From a virus: DNA of 37,808 nt. The notes below the pieces were generated by a model. The model saw only the letters and a program-made list of their open reading frames with translations. It ran no database searches and was not told the DNA's origin. The position numbers and the translations under genes are program-made. The stretch lies in the IMG/VR virus record IMGVR_UViG_3300045988_014803, positions 1 to 37,808 of that record. The stretch is one strand, 5' to 3'. Shown one piece after another: positions 8,499-17,804 of the stretch (its first letter is position 1; each line of letters opens with the position of its first letter).

Positions 8499-8843
8499 TT
8501 ATGTGATTCCATGTCGTACTTTCAATGCACCTGTCAGGATAGTAAACACATCGCTGTTAAGTTCAATTTGCATGTCATAAAAATAATGTCCTGATTCAAT
8601 ATCCTTTGTATCTTCAGGCGCAATTCGCACCACGTAATACATCTTGTTGCGCTCCTGCTTGCTGAATGAGATGCCTTTTCCAAGTGTTTTCTGGAATACG
8701 ACATCGTCATCATCAAGATTATTTTTGCACGTGAAGAACGCCTTTTCAAGCTCCTGCGGTTTGTCATCGAACTCAATCTCAACCGCAAATGACAGTGTGT
8801 CACCTTTGATCATTTCAAGATTCGTCTTTTCCATTAAATCCAC
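8499..8843 (-). CDS. Small beta-rich structural protein (paralogue of 7591..7944)
   Basis: 114 aa, immediately after Dit. IKGDTLSFAV...IAPEDTKDIESGHYFYDMQIEL. Confidence 0.5.
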   Translation of the reverse strand: MDLMEKTNLEMIKGDTLSFAVEIEFDDKPQELEKAFFTCKNNLDDDDVVFQKTLGKGISFSKQERNKMYYVVRIAPEDTKDIESGHYFYDMQIELNSDVFTILTGALKVRHGIT

Positions 8844-9535
8844 CTCGACTGTTTTTCAAACGCAATATAAGTAAGCTGTCCATCCCATGACACGGAATTA
8901 GGCCCAACTTTAAGCATAAATTTGTCGTAATTTCCGACAACGTATCTGTTCATCAATGCATCATCATTATACGCTTCGAGCCTTTCTGTGTCTATTGTGA
9001 TTGAATTTGATGTACTCATATCAATCCGAAACAGCTGCACACCATTCAACGAAAGATTGATTGTTCCTGAACCCTTGATATGAATGATTGGCTTGGAAAC
9101 ATAATTGCCGTTATTTCTCACGGTAATAGCACTTGTCGGATTGCTGAACACCTTCATTTTTTCAATACTGCTGTATTTGAATGGCTGTACATGATACGTG
9201 ATCTCAGCCGTTCTGAACCTCATAAGGCGTTCATAATCAATCGCATCCAGAATATCATACACGTAGTATTTTTCTGGTTCATTTGAAAATATTACCGTTC
9301 CGCTTGAATTGAAAAACGGAATAATATCATCAATGTCATAGTCACCAAACAGACCGATTTTCATTTTTTTATTGTAAGCCGAATATCCAAGTCTTGTGAT
9401 CACATCACCGTCACGCCCGTCTATCTGCTCAATGCTTGTACGCATTAATGGCTTTGTGATAGGTGGCAATTCCTGAATCAGCAATCCTTTTAAATATCGG
9501 CTGTCTTTTCCGTTTTGAATTACATAGTTTCTCAT
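8834..9535 (-). CDS. Distal tail protein (Dit, siphovirus tail family)
   Basis: 233 aa directly after the tape measure. Pattern ...IEQIDGRDGDVIT...IFSNEPEKYYVYD... is typical of Dit. Confidence 0.7.
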   Translation of the reverse strand: MRNYVIQNGKDSRYLKGLLIQELPPITKPLMRTSIEQIDGRDGDVITRLGYSAYNKKMKIGLFGDYDIDDIIPFFNSSGTVIFSNEPEKYYVYDILDAIDYERLMRFRTAEITYHVQPFKYSSIEKMKVFSNPTSAITVRNNGNYVSKPIIHIKGSGTINLSLNGVQLFRIDMSTSNSITIDTERLEAYNDDALMNRYVVGNYDKFMLKVGPNSVSWDGQLTYIAFEKQSRWI

Positions 9536-9547
9536 ATTTTTACCGCC

Positions 9548-11974
9548 TTAATTGTATATCAACTTTGTAACAGTTTTATCAACGAAATGTCCCATTTCTT
9601 CGTCATCCATCTCGATTTTGACCTGTGACAAAGCATCCTTGAAGGCATCTACCATGTTTCTATAGTTTCCACCGCTTGTCGAAATACCACCGTTCACATT
9701 GAATGCGTCAGACATTCCACTCGCCAATGCTTCAGTCTGATTTATCAGCTCTGGGCTTGCCTTTCTCAAGGAATCGCTCAAACCTTCCACCATGTCAGGC
9801 ATCCAGCTCTCGTATTCAGCCAATGGCCCTTCGTCAGGTCTTGAGAAATGAAGGAACGACCTGATTTTTCCTGCAACGTCGCTGACTGCACTTGTGACTT
9901 TATGAATCGCACTCCTGATGCCGTTTGCAATACCACTGATCATATCGACACCCCAGTTATACAGCTGACCCGGAAGGCTGCTAATTGTCCCGATAATGTT
10001 ATTTACAAGTCCAGATGCGGCATTTGCACCCGCTTGTGCCAACTGCCCCGCAAAGTTCCATGCATTAGTCAATGCACTTGACAGCCAATTCCATACAGCA
10101 GATGGAAGTCCACTGATAAATGACACAACACCATTGACAAAGTTAGAACCTGCTGCGGAAGCCCTAGAAACCATGTTAGAAGCCCAATTCTGTACGTTGC
10201 TTATAACATTACTAAGGAATGCACCAATACGCCCAGGAAGGGCCTGAAACCACGATATTAGGTTGTCTATGAATCCACCAACAGATGTAATTGCATTTCC
10301 GACCGTATCCTTGAATGCATTCCACACGTTTATAACAGCATTGCGGAACCCCTCATTTGTGGTCCACAACGTGACTATTGCTGCTATTAGTCCTGCAATC
10401 AACGTTACGACAAGCATAATCGGATTGGCATTCAGAACACTATTAAGCAATGCTTGTGCAACAGTTGCGCCTTCGTTAGCCTCCTGATATCCCTTAACCG
10501 CTGTAACAACACCATTAATCATGCTTGCGACATTCCATGTCACCATTGCCGCTCCAATTCCTGCAACAAGCGAAATGATTGTACTACCATTGTCCATGAT
10601 GAATCCGAATAAATCACCAACACCGTCAACAAGGTCTTCAATGACAGAAACGACAGAATCAACATCCATATTGTCGATTGCATTTGTGATGTTTGGAATC
10701 CACTCATCAGCGGCCTTTTGTAAAATAGGCTGTAATGCTTCACCAAGCTTTGAATTGACCGTATCGCTCAATGTCGAAAGTCTTCCTTCCAATGCCTGAG
10801 ACTGTGCATCCATTGACTGAAAGTATTTGCCACCTTCAGACGTTGACCGCTTCATTGACTCTGTGATCTCATCGACTGACATTTTGCCTTTTGAAATTCT
10901 GTCATAAAGGCTTTGCATGCTTTCTCCTGTCTTTTCTGAGATTTCCTGCAAAGGGTTGAATCCGGCATCAATCATCATGTTGATATCTTCTAGCGTAACT
11001 TTTTGTGCTGAGTTCATTTTCCCGTATGCTCTCGCAATAGAGTTCAGCTTGTCTGCATTACCCTGTGATATATCACCAAGCATCATCATACTATCAACCG
11101 CATCATCAGCACTAAACCCAAAGTTCATCAGCAAAGATGTTGCATCTGCCAACTGTGGCATATCAAACGGAGTTGTTGCTCCAATATCAGCAAGTTTTTT
11201 GACTGTCTCGCTTGCCTTGTCTGCTGAACCTGTCATGACCGTAAACGATGTCGTGTAATACTCCATGGATTTCTGATAGTCAACAGCACCACCTACAAGC
11301 GATTTGAATCCATCAACAACCTTGCTGATTGCCTGTGACGCAAGATTAGCCATTGTGCCCTTGAGAACAGTGAACCCATCACCAAGTTTTTTTGATGCAC
11401 CATCGGCATCATTCATATTGTTAGACAGATTCTTGACCTGTTTTGAACTGTCGTCAGACTCTTTTCCAAGATTATCAATCTCTTTCGCTGTCTTGTTAAC
11501 GTCCGCTTGAGCATTGTTCATCTGCACTGCAAGCTGTGACAGTGATTTCTTGTTTTTGTCCTGCGCTGCGCTGCTTTCGTCATATTGCTTCTGCAATTCG
11601 TTAACAACTTTCTCTTGCTCTTTGTACTCTTGACTGTTCTTTCCAAGCTGCGCTTCAATACTCGCAAGCTTTCCCTTTGCATTTTCGAGCTTTTCACCGA
11701 GTTGCGCATGCTCATCTGCTGACTGTTTAACAGCATCCTGATATGTCTTGTACTGGTCAGAAACAAGTTTCAGCTTCGATTTCTGCTCTTCAAGGCGCTT
11801 GTTCAGCACGTCACTCTTGGCTGTCAATGCTTCGGTGCTTGTGTCGTTCTTGTCATATGTACTCGTGACAACCTTCATTTCAGAAGATACTTCACGCAAG
11901 CTCTGTGTGATTTGACTTAACGCTCTCCTGTATTCGCTCTCGCCTTTCAGCTTAATGGTACCACCTAATGCCAT
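9548..11974 (-). CDS. Tail tape measure protein
   Basis: 808 aa with an N-terminal coiled coil. TP901-type core (TTPFDMPQLADATSLLMNFGF...DINMMIDAGFNPLQEISEKTG), hydrophobic Gly/Ala-rich segments, and position after the G/GT chaperone. Confidence 0.9.
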   Translation of the reverse strand: MALGGTIKLKGESEYRRALSQITQSLREVSSEMKVVTSTYDKNDTSTEALTAKSDVLNKRLEEQKSKLKLVSDQYKTYQDAVKQSADEHAQLGEKLENAKGKLASIEAQLGKNSQEYKEQEKVVNELQKQYDESSAAQDKNKKSLSQLAVQMNNAQADVNKTAKEIDNLGKESDDSSKQVKNLSNNMNDADGASKKLGDGFTVLKGTMANLASQAISKVVDGFKSLVGGAVDYQKSMEYYTTSFTVMTGSADKASETVKKLADIGATTPFDMPQLADATSLLMNFGFSADDAVDSMMMLGDISQGNADKLNSIARAYGKMNSAQKVTLEDINMMIDAGFNPLQEISEKTGESMQSLYDRISKGKMSVDEITESMKRSTSEGGKYFQSMDAQSQALEGRLSTLSDTVNSKLGEALQPILQKAADEWIPNITNAIDNMDVDSVVSVIEDLVDGVGDLFGFIMDNGSTIISLVAGIGAAMVTWNVASMINGVVTAVKGYQEANEGATVAQALLNSVLNANPIMLVVTLIAGLIAAIVTLWTTNEGFRNAVINVWNAFKDTVGNAITSVGGFIDNLISWFQALPGRIGAFLSNVISNVQNWASNMVSRASAAGSNFVNGVVSFISGLPSAVWNWLSSALTNAWNFAGQLAQAGANAASGLVNNIIGTISSLPGQLYNWGVDMISGIANGIRSAIHKVTSAVSDVAGKIRSFLHFSRPDEGPLAEYESWMPDMVEGLSDSLRKASPELINQTEALASGMSDAFNVNGGISTSGGNYRNMVDAFKDALSQVKIEMDDEEMGHFVDKTVTKLIYN

Positions 11975-11986
11975 GCACTCACCCCC

Positions 11987-12564
11987 TTAGAACCAATCAT
12001 CTTCATGTTGCGATTTTTCATATGCCTTCGCATATGTTGTTCCTGTCTTTTCAAGCATCAGTTCAAAATCAAAATCGTTCTTGTAATGCTTGTAATATAG
12101 GTTGAAAGTTGTCAGTGTCAATCTTCCAACTTCATGAAATGTAAAACCAAGTTTGTTACGCCCGATAAAGTAGAACCATGTAAAGTCTATCGGCTCTGGT
12201 TCATCCTCATCGGGGATTATGCGTTTTTTTCGGAACTTTTAGTGCTTTCAACAACAGTTTCGTTTACCTTCTTCGTGGCTTCAGAAAGCCCAATGTCAGT
12301 TATCATTCTTCCTGTCTGTTTCAATGTCAGTGGCTTTTCACTTGTGCCATGTTCCTCATTCTGAATATCAATATACTCATTGATCATCGCCCAAATTCCG
12401 AAAATGATTGCCTTTGCATTTGGCTCTTCATCTTTACTATCTGTGAGTTTGCCCCACGCATCAAGTGTGCCGTATTTGTCCTGAATAACTGCCATAACGT
12501 TCAGATTAAATACAAGCCCGTATGTCTTGCCTTTATACTCAAATTCTTTTGAAATTTCCTTCAT
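11987..12564 (-). CDS. Tail assembly chaperone -1 frameshift fusion (GT-like product)
   Basis: The -1 frame after the slippery site is open to a TAA at 11987-11989. It encodes ...KKRIIPDEDEPEPIDFTWFYFIGRNKLGFTFHEVGRLTLTTFNLYYKHY.... Confidence 0.7.
12217..12564 (-). CDS. Tail assembly chaperone (G-like product)
   Basis: 115 aa between the major tail protein and the tape measure. It ends just after an A_AAA_AAC slippery heptamer. Confidence 0.8.
   Translation of the reverse strand: MKEISKEFEYKGKTYGLVFNLNVMAVIQDKYGTLDAWGKLTDSKDEEPNAKAIIFGIWAMINEYIDIQNEEHGTSEKPLTLKQTGRMITDIGLSEATKKVNETVVESTKSSEKNA
12223..12229 (-). other. Programmed -1 ribosomal frameshift slippery heptamer A_AAA_AAC
   Basis: Zero-frame codons are GAA AAA AAC, so the heptamer is in X_XXY_YYZ phase. 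This is the conserved position for siphovirus G/GT frameshifting. Confidence 0.7.
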
Positions 12565-12579
12565 GTTTTACCCTCTTTC

Positions 12580-12607
12580 AAAAAATAAGACAGGGACGAA
12601 CCCTGCC
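12580..12607 (-). terminator. Leaky terminator after the major tail protein gene
   Basis: The minus strand reads GGCAGGG-ttcgt-CCCTGTC followed by TTATTTTTT. Confidence 0.55.
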
Positions 12608-12619
12608 TTTAATATTCTT

Positions 12620-13183
12620 TTAAACTGAAGTCTTTGCCATCAGTCCTTCAAGATATGTGACAGCTTCAGTCTTTGTATCAAACGTTTCTGTCTTTGACCA
12701 TGTGCCATCAGCCAATGTTGCAACAGTTCCTACAAGCTCAGTTGTACTGAATGATACGCTTTCGCCTTTTGTAGCATCATCCTGTGACGGTTCTGAGAAC
12801 TTAACCTTGCACAGGAACTCTACCGTGTACTTGTAAGCTCCGTTCACCGTCTTTGTGACAATTCTTCCGAAACCTACATACGGAGCAACATCGTTTGAAT
12901 TTCTGACAAGCCCTTTTCCACTTTCTGATACCTCATGTCCAAGAAGGTCTGCCATGACCTGCACATCTTCGTTGTCGATTCCTGCTGTAACAGACCCCTT
13001 CTGAAAAGATGTATCGCTCTCAGCCAATGCATCATCTGCATACAAAGACGCATCATTGTTGCTGATATCCACTTTGCATGAAATAGCCTTGGCTGGCTTT
13101 TTCGCGCCATCATAAGTGGCTTCGCCATCTTCCGATTCCGTAAGTTTTGAATATCGGAAGTTATTTAACCCGATTTTAGCCAT
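12620..13183 (-). CDS. Major tail protein (phi13-like family)
   Basis: 187 aa. MAKIGLNNFRYSKL...LYADDALAE...APYVGFGRIV...KVKFSEP matches the major tail protein pattern, and the gene sits upstream of the chaperones. Confidence 0.8.
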   Translation of the reverse strand: MAKIGLNNFRYSKLTESEDGEATYDGAKKPAKAISCKVDISNNDASLYADDALAESDTSFQKGSVTAGIDNEDVQVMADLLGHEVSESGKGLVRNSNDVAPYVGFGRIVTKTVNGAYKYTVEFLCKVKFSEPSQDDATKGESVSFSTTELVGTVATLADGTWSKTETFDTKTEAVTYLEGLMAKTSV

Positions 13184-13530
13184 TATTCGCTCCTTTCAAT
13201 TGAGAAACATATTGTTTTGTGATAATACTTTGTATCGTCCTCGTACATATCTTCGGACGATCTGTCCGGTTCCCACATAAACCCGACAGCTGTAAGCAAT
13301 CCCTTTAGCGCCTTGATAATCGGCTTGTAATTGCCTTTTGTGTAAATATCAAAGTCATAATACTCGATATAATTTAGCAATTCGTCATCACCGTGTAACG
13401 TACTCTCTGCATCTGTTTCCATATACGTGATGTACGTTTCTTCGTTGCCATTATACCGCAAGAACTTGACTGGAATTTTTTTGCCGTTTACCGTGAAGTC
13501 ACTCAATGTTTTTTCGATGAGGTTATTCAT
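13183..13530 (-). CDS. Tail terminator / tail completion protein
   Basis: 115 aa between the gp10-like gene and the major tail protein. The call rests mainly on synteny. Confidence 0.5.
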   Translation of the reverse strand: MNNLIEKTLSDFTVNGKKIPVKFLRYNGNEETYITYMETDAESTLHGDDELLNYIEYYDFDIYTKGNYKPIIKALKGLLTAVGFMWEPDRSSEDMYEDDTKYYHKTICFSIERSE

Positions 13531-13951
13531 CTAAAAGCCCCCCGCTTAAACTCTTCTGCGCTTCTTCCATCGCTTTCATGATTTGTGATTTTTTGAAAGA
13601 CTTTCGGAAAAAAGGATGCTTTGGATATTTCCTTTTGTCACTACCATATTCGAACATGTTCGCAACAAGTGGTGCAGGAGTCTTTCTTCCATCTTTGTTG
13701 ATGAAATATCCAGTAATCATGACTTTTGTATTGATACCATCATCTGACGGCGTTTTATAAACTTTCGACAGTTTCACATGACTGCTAAAGCCTGAACTTC
13801 TCAGCGACTCTGGAAGTGCTGAAATAACGTTCTTGTATACGACCTCTGCACCTGCTTTGGTCATGCCACCAAAGATGTGATCAAACTGCTTGTCGATGTA
13901 AGATATATCCTTCAATACGCTATCGTCAATATCCATAACAAGTTTTGCCAT
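13523..13951 (-). CDS. HK97 gp10-family neck/morphogenesis protein
   Basis: 142 aa. GGMTKAGAEVVYKNV...NMFEYGSDKRKYPKHPFFRKSF is typical of the family. Confidence 0.7.
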   Translation of the reverse strand: MAKLVMDIDDSVLKDISYIDKQFDHIFGGMTKAGAEVVYKNVISALPESLRSSGFSSHVKLSKVYKTPSDDGINTKVMITGYFINKDGRKTPAPLVANMFEYGSDKRKYPKHPFFRKSFKKSQIMKAMEEAQKSLSGGLLDE

Positions 13952-14277
13952 CAGTGTGTCACTTCCTTCGCCTGAATTTCCAATTCTACACTGTTTTCGT
14001 CCACGTTGTTCAGATACTCAATCGTATATGTTTTGCCGTGAAATTCAATCAGCATATCTCTTGTGATCTCTGTTTTCGGATACCGAATTGTGAAGTTGGT
14101 GTATGCTTTTTCAAAATCAGAATTGTTCGCAATCAGCGTAAAGCCCTTCGTTGTCCGAACATATGCATATGGTGTAAGAATCACCTGCTTCTGTTCTGTC
14201 TGAAAGCCATCCTCGTCTGTCACAATTACAGTTTTATAAATTGTGATACGTTTTGAATACTTCCCTGCGTTTAACAT
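13951..14277 (-). CDS. Head closure / head-tail adaptor protein
   Basis: 108 aa. MLNAGKYSKRITIYK...DEDGF...YAYVRT... follows the phage head-closure pattern, and synteny agrees. Confidence 0.7.
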   Translation of the reverse strand: MLNAGKYSKRITIYKTVIVTDEDGFQTEQKQVILTPYAYVRTTKGFTLIANNSDFEKAYTNFTIRYPKTEITRDMLIEFHGKTYTIEYLNNVDENSVELEIQAKEVTH

Positions 14278-14287
14278 GGTTCACACC

Positions 14288-14587
14288 TCACAACAGATTA
14301 ACACTGTGCATTGCTAGAATGCTCTGAACCGTGCTGTTCAAGTTCTTGCTGTCAACATACATCGTGCGGTTGTCCCACATGTCCTGACACAAGATCACCA
14401 CAACGATAACGAACTCAGGATATTTGTCAACGCCCACATCGTCAAGCCCTGTATAGCTTTTGATGAAAGAAGTAGCGATGGAAATAAGCATGGTCAATGT
14501 ATCATTTTCGCTTTCTGCTACTTCGTCCAGTCTCAAATAATCTGCGACGCATTTAACTGTAATATCACTGACTTTGCTTACTTCCAT
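14288..14587 (-). CDS. gp6-like head-tail connector protein
   Basis: 99 aa directly after the capsid gene. ...VADYLRLDEV...LISIATSFIKSYTG.... Confidence 0.65.
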   Translation of the reverse strand: MEVSKVSDITVKCVADYLRLDEVAESENDTLTMLISIATSFIKSYTGLDDVGVDKYPEFVIVVVILCQDMWDNRTMYVDSKNLNSTVQSILAMHSVNLL

Positions 14588-14603
14588 ACAGCTTCACCCC
14601 TTT

Positions 14604-15743
14604 TTATTTTCCTGCTGCCATCACAAGTTTTGCAAGTTTTTGAGTGTCTGCAACCTTTGCATCCCACTCAACGAAAGCTAAAATTCCAAGTAAATGTTCC
14701 TCTGCATATCTTTCTTGCAACACCTGCATGTTAGCTTCTTCTGAAACTTTCACAGCTAAACCAGATAAGTCACCGTAATAAATGGTTGTTTTTCCTGCAA
14801 GCATCTTGTCCATCGCATCAGAGCAATAAACATCCTTGCCTAGAAGTGTATATCCCCATTTTGCTGTAAAGTCACGGTTCAACAAATAATCGCCGTCATT
14901 ATCCTTCAACTTTCTGATTGCATTTCGAGTTTCACGGTTCATAATCCAAATAGAATTACCCTGATAGTTGTCAATCACCTTGTCCTGTAAATCCATCAAC
15001 TCGTCTGATGTAATCTTTGTGGCTGCGGCAGTTGTAACAGTCATATCTGATGTAATTCCAGTTAGACCTTCAACCTTGCCTACAGTTCCGAACAAAATCT
15101 CATGTTCAAAATACAATGCGATTGCTTGTGCCATTTTTGCTTCGACAAAGCCAACAATGTCAAAGTTGGAATTGTTAATCAAGCTCTTTGAAATTTTCGC
15201 AAGACAACGTGCAAGGAATCCGCTAAGTGTAATCTGAGTGATAACAACCTTTCCAGACTCTGCTGTTGTTCCTTCATCTGCATACTGCATCACGATAGAA
15301 CTGTTTTGTGCATCATACTTTGGAAGAATCAGAGTGCCAGTAATGTTATATCTGTCTGCCATAGAGAATACAGGTGAGATTTCAATAACCTGAGAAATGA
15401 TTCTATTCCAAACAGTTGTCGGAATAAGTGTTTTTGCATCTGCTGGCATTGTTGGTGAGTCAGTATTTACAATTCCACGAATTGCATTCTCGAATGTTTT
15501 GCGATCTCTTTCTGCATCTGTCATTGCATCATGTCCATCAGGAATTTTCTTCATGCTCATTCCTGCCATTTGGTCGTACATAGCAATAGTTGCATCAATT
15601 TCCTTGACTTCCTTTTCTAAGTCTGCGAACTGCTTCTTTTCGTCTTCAGATGGTAATCTGTTTTCTGCCTTTGCAGTTTTCAACAAGTTCTCCATCTGAG
15701 CGACTTCTGCGTTTCGATTTTCGATAAGTGCTTTTACGTTCAT
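14604..15743 (-). CDS. Major capsid protein, HK97 family
   Basis: The ATG at 15743 overlaps the protease stop (ATGA) and has a GGAGGGG RBS. N-terminal coiled-coil delta-like region. Follows portal and ClpP protease. Confidence 0.88.
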   Translation of the reverse strand: MNVKALIENRNAEVAQMENLLKTAKAENRLPSEDEKKQFADLEKEVKEIDATIAMYDQMAGMSMKKIPDGHDAMTDAERDRKTFENAIRGIVNTDSPTMPADAKTLIPTTVWNRIISQVIEISPVFSMADRYNITGTLILPKYDAQNSSIVMQYADEGTTAESGKVVITQITLSGFLARCLAKISKSLINNSNFDIVGFVEAKMAQAIALYFEHEILFGTVGKVEGLTGITSDMTVTTAAATKITSDELMDLQDKVIDNYQGNSIWIMNRETRNAIRKLKDNDGDYLLNRDFTAKWGYTLLGKDVYCSDAMDKMLAGKTTIYYGDLSGLAVKVSEEANMQVLQERYAEEHLLGILAFVEWDAKVADTQKLAKLVMAAGK

Positions 15744-16513
15744 TCTTTCGCCCCTCCGTCTTTCTTTAATGAACAAATAATATTCTCGTATGCTGAATAA
15801 TCAAGCGCACGATCCTCGACAGGCTTTTTAGTCTGTTTTGGTTTTTTTAGTGCATCTGGCACATGCTTGTAATTTCTGAATAAATCTGTTGCACATGCCT
15901 GTACATCTTTCACAGTTTCAAGTTCGTTGACATTGAAATATTTCCCGATGTACATATCATCATCTGCATTGCCACTGAACCACGTTTCGTTGTTCACCAA
16001 CTCTGCAATCTTTTCTGCCGTGATTCCTTCTTTTGCCTTTGCTTCATACATTGGCAACATCAATCCATTTTCAAGCTGATTGAGTGTGTCAATGTCATGC
16101 TGTAGCTCGTTTGCATTTCCGTATGCTAACGTCACTGGCTTGTGAATCATCATCATAGAATTTTTGTAAATATTGATATCGTCTGCAACCATGGCAAGGT
16201 ATGTAGCGGCACTTGCACATAATCCATCAATGTACGCATGAATCGTTGCTCCGGTGTTCTGTCTGAATCGCTTTAACATACTGACCATTGCCGAACTTGC
16301 AAACACTGAGCCACCGCCTGAATTGATGTAAATATTAAAATCTGTAACACCATTCAAACTTTCAAGCTCTGCCTTGAATGCATTTGTATCGACTTCTGTT
16401 TCTGATTTCTCGCCAGTCCAAAAGTTTGGCTTGTTCTCATCAACAATATCACCATATACATAGAAATCTGCACTATTTTTAGTCAGATTCTTCAGGTACT
16501 TGTATTTCATCAT
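15740..16513 (-). CDS. Prohead (head maturation) protease, ClpP/S14-like
   Basis: INSGGGSVFASSAM...IDGLCASAATYLAM...MMMIHKP motifs. The start is probably the ATG at 16513 or 16510, after an AGGGGG RBS. Confidence 0.85.
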   Translation of the reverse strand: MMKYKYLKNLTKNSADFYVYGDIVDENKPNFWTGEKSETEVDTNAFKAELESLNGVTDFNIYINSGGGSVFASSAMVSMLKRFRQNTGATIHAYIDGLCASAATYLAMVADDINIYKNSMMMIHKPVTLAYGNANELQHDIDTLNQLENGLMLPMYEAKAKEGITAEKIAELVNNETWFSGNADDDMYIGKYFNVNELETVKDVQACATDLFRNYKHVPDALKKPKQTKKPVEDRALDYSAYENIICSLKKDGGAKE

Positions 16514-17735
16514 CTGCCCCCTTCTCTTCAACTTTATCAGCTTTTTCTTCTTCATCTCCACCTGTCACCTGTCCGGTGTTTGGAGTATAATACGTTCCGG
16601 TTTCAATATCATACAGAACTGCTCCAAGTCCAACATTGATCACGTCCATGCCCTCAATGTAATTGAGATTTTCCATACGACGCAACTCATTGATAGTCAT
16701 AAGTCCTGTATCTTTTGCAACCTTGTAAGCATCGAATCTCTCTTTGATGCTTGCTTTCACAATTTCTTTCGTGTCAAATTCAAAGAAGAAGTTTTTCTTT
16801 TCTTTTTCTAACAGCAACGTGCTGTTTAGCGCTGTCTCAAATGCTTTAATAATCGGATATATCGCTTCCTTAAATGTCAGATTGAAATCACTATGAATGT
16901 GGAAAACTCCATTGATTTCATCCTGTAATGTTTTCTTCGACTCATTCAACTGCATTTCAACAGAACTGTTTGACGACTCCTGAAACTTGATGCCGTTATT
17001 TAGAACCATGACGGACTCGGTGTTGTTGGCATATAACCTCTTCCATGCTTCTTTGAGCTTGTCCACTTCTTCCTGTCCAAGCCTACGCTCTGCCTGTAAG
17101 AATCCTTTTTTATTTCCGCCTGTCTGAACCAGTCCAAGCTGATACACCAACGTACTGTATGCCGTTTCAAGTGCTTTTGAAATTTCTTCAGTCAATCCCT
17201 TTCCACTTGCTCCGTCTTTGGTATTTCTCAAGAGTTTGACCATGTTCCACGGATATATTTTATCTGTACCAACATAGAACTGTACGAAGCGATTCATCGG
17301 GTCGGAATTTGACCACACAGTAACGTTCATATCTGGAATATATTTTAACGCCGTGACATTGTTCTGTCTGTCTATCTGGATGTAACAATATCCACCCTTG
17401 CCAAGCAGATAATCCTCGACCATGGCCTTTTTTGTCTGAAACCCGTCAAGCGTGTTTCCTGTGTCGCCGTTCAACATTCGTACACGGCTGTCATTCTGCA
17501 CTTCCTCAACTTTGCCTTTCTTGTACTTGTAAAGTTTGACAGGCATTGCCGCAATCGAACCACTGATAAAATCAACAGCACCTGATACAGCAGGAAGCGT
17601 GAGGGCCTTTTCCCTCGTGATTGTCTCATTGTTGAGCAATGCCGATAATAGCACATCGTCAAGCTGAACACTTTGATCGTTAAGATTTATTTTATTCTTA
17701 AATATTTTTCTGAATAGTGCCACTCTCGTTACCAC
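16479..17735 (-). CDS. Portal protein, HK97 family
   Basis: About 415 aa between TerL and the protease, with an acidic C-terminus. Start is uncertain: GTG at 17735 or GTG at 17723. Confidence 0.85.
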   Translation of the reverse strand: MVTRVALFRKIFKNKINLNDQSVQLDDVLLSALLNNETITREKALTLPAVSGAVDFISGSIAAMPVKLYKYKKGKVEEVQNDSRVRMLNGDTGNTLDGFQTKKAMVEDYLLGKGGYCYIQIDRQNNVTALKYIPDMNVTVWSNSDPMNRFVQFYVGTDKIYPWNMVKLLRNTKDGASGKGLTEEISKALETAYSTLVYQLGLVQTGGNKKGFLQAERRLGQEEVDKLKEAWKRLYANNTESVMVLNNGIKFQESSNSSVEMQLNESKKTLQDEINGVFHIHSDFNLTFKEAIYPIIKAFETALNSTLLLEKEKKNFFFEFDTKEIVKASIKERFDAYKVAKDTGLMTINELRRMENLNYIEGMDVINVGLGAVLYDIETGTYYTPNTGQVTGGDEEEKADKVEEKGADDEIQVPEESD

Positions 17736-17747
17736 CCTTTGTTAGTA

Positions 17748-17762
17748 TTTTCTATTTGAAAC
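17748..17762 (-). repeat. GTTTC-N5-GAAAC motif copy (GTTTCAAATAGAAAA)
   Basis: Lies 12 nt upstream of the portal start, in the TerL-portal gap. Confidence 0.7.
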
Positions 17763-17804
17763 ATTTTACGCAAATATATTAGCATAAATTCACGTTTCTA
17801 TCAA

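Noticed and set aside
9848-11510. A series of plus-strand ORFs (66-113 aa) lies opposite the tape measure gene.
   Set aside because: They are antisense to a long, well-supported gene. Their composition is low-complexity (Ala/Ser/Pro/Leu), they have no RBS, and they are typical shadow ORFs of a GC-richer coding region.
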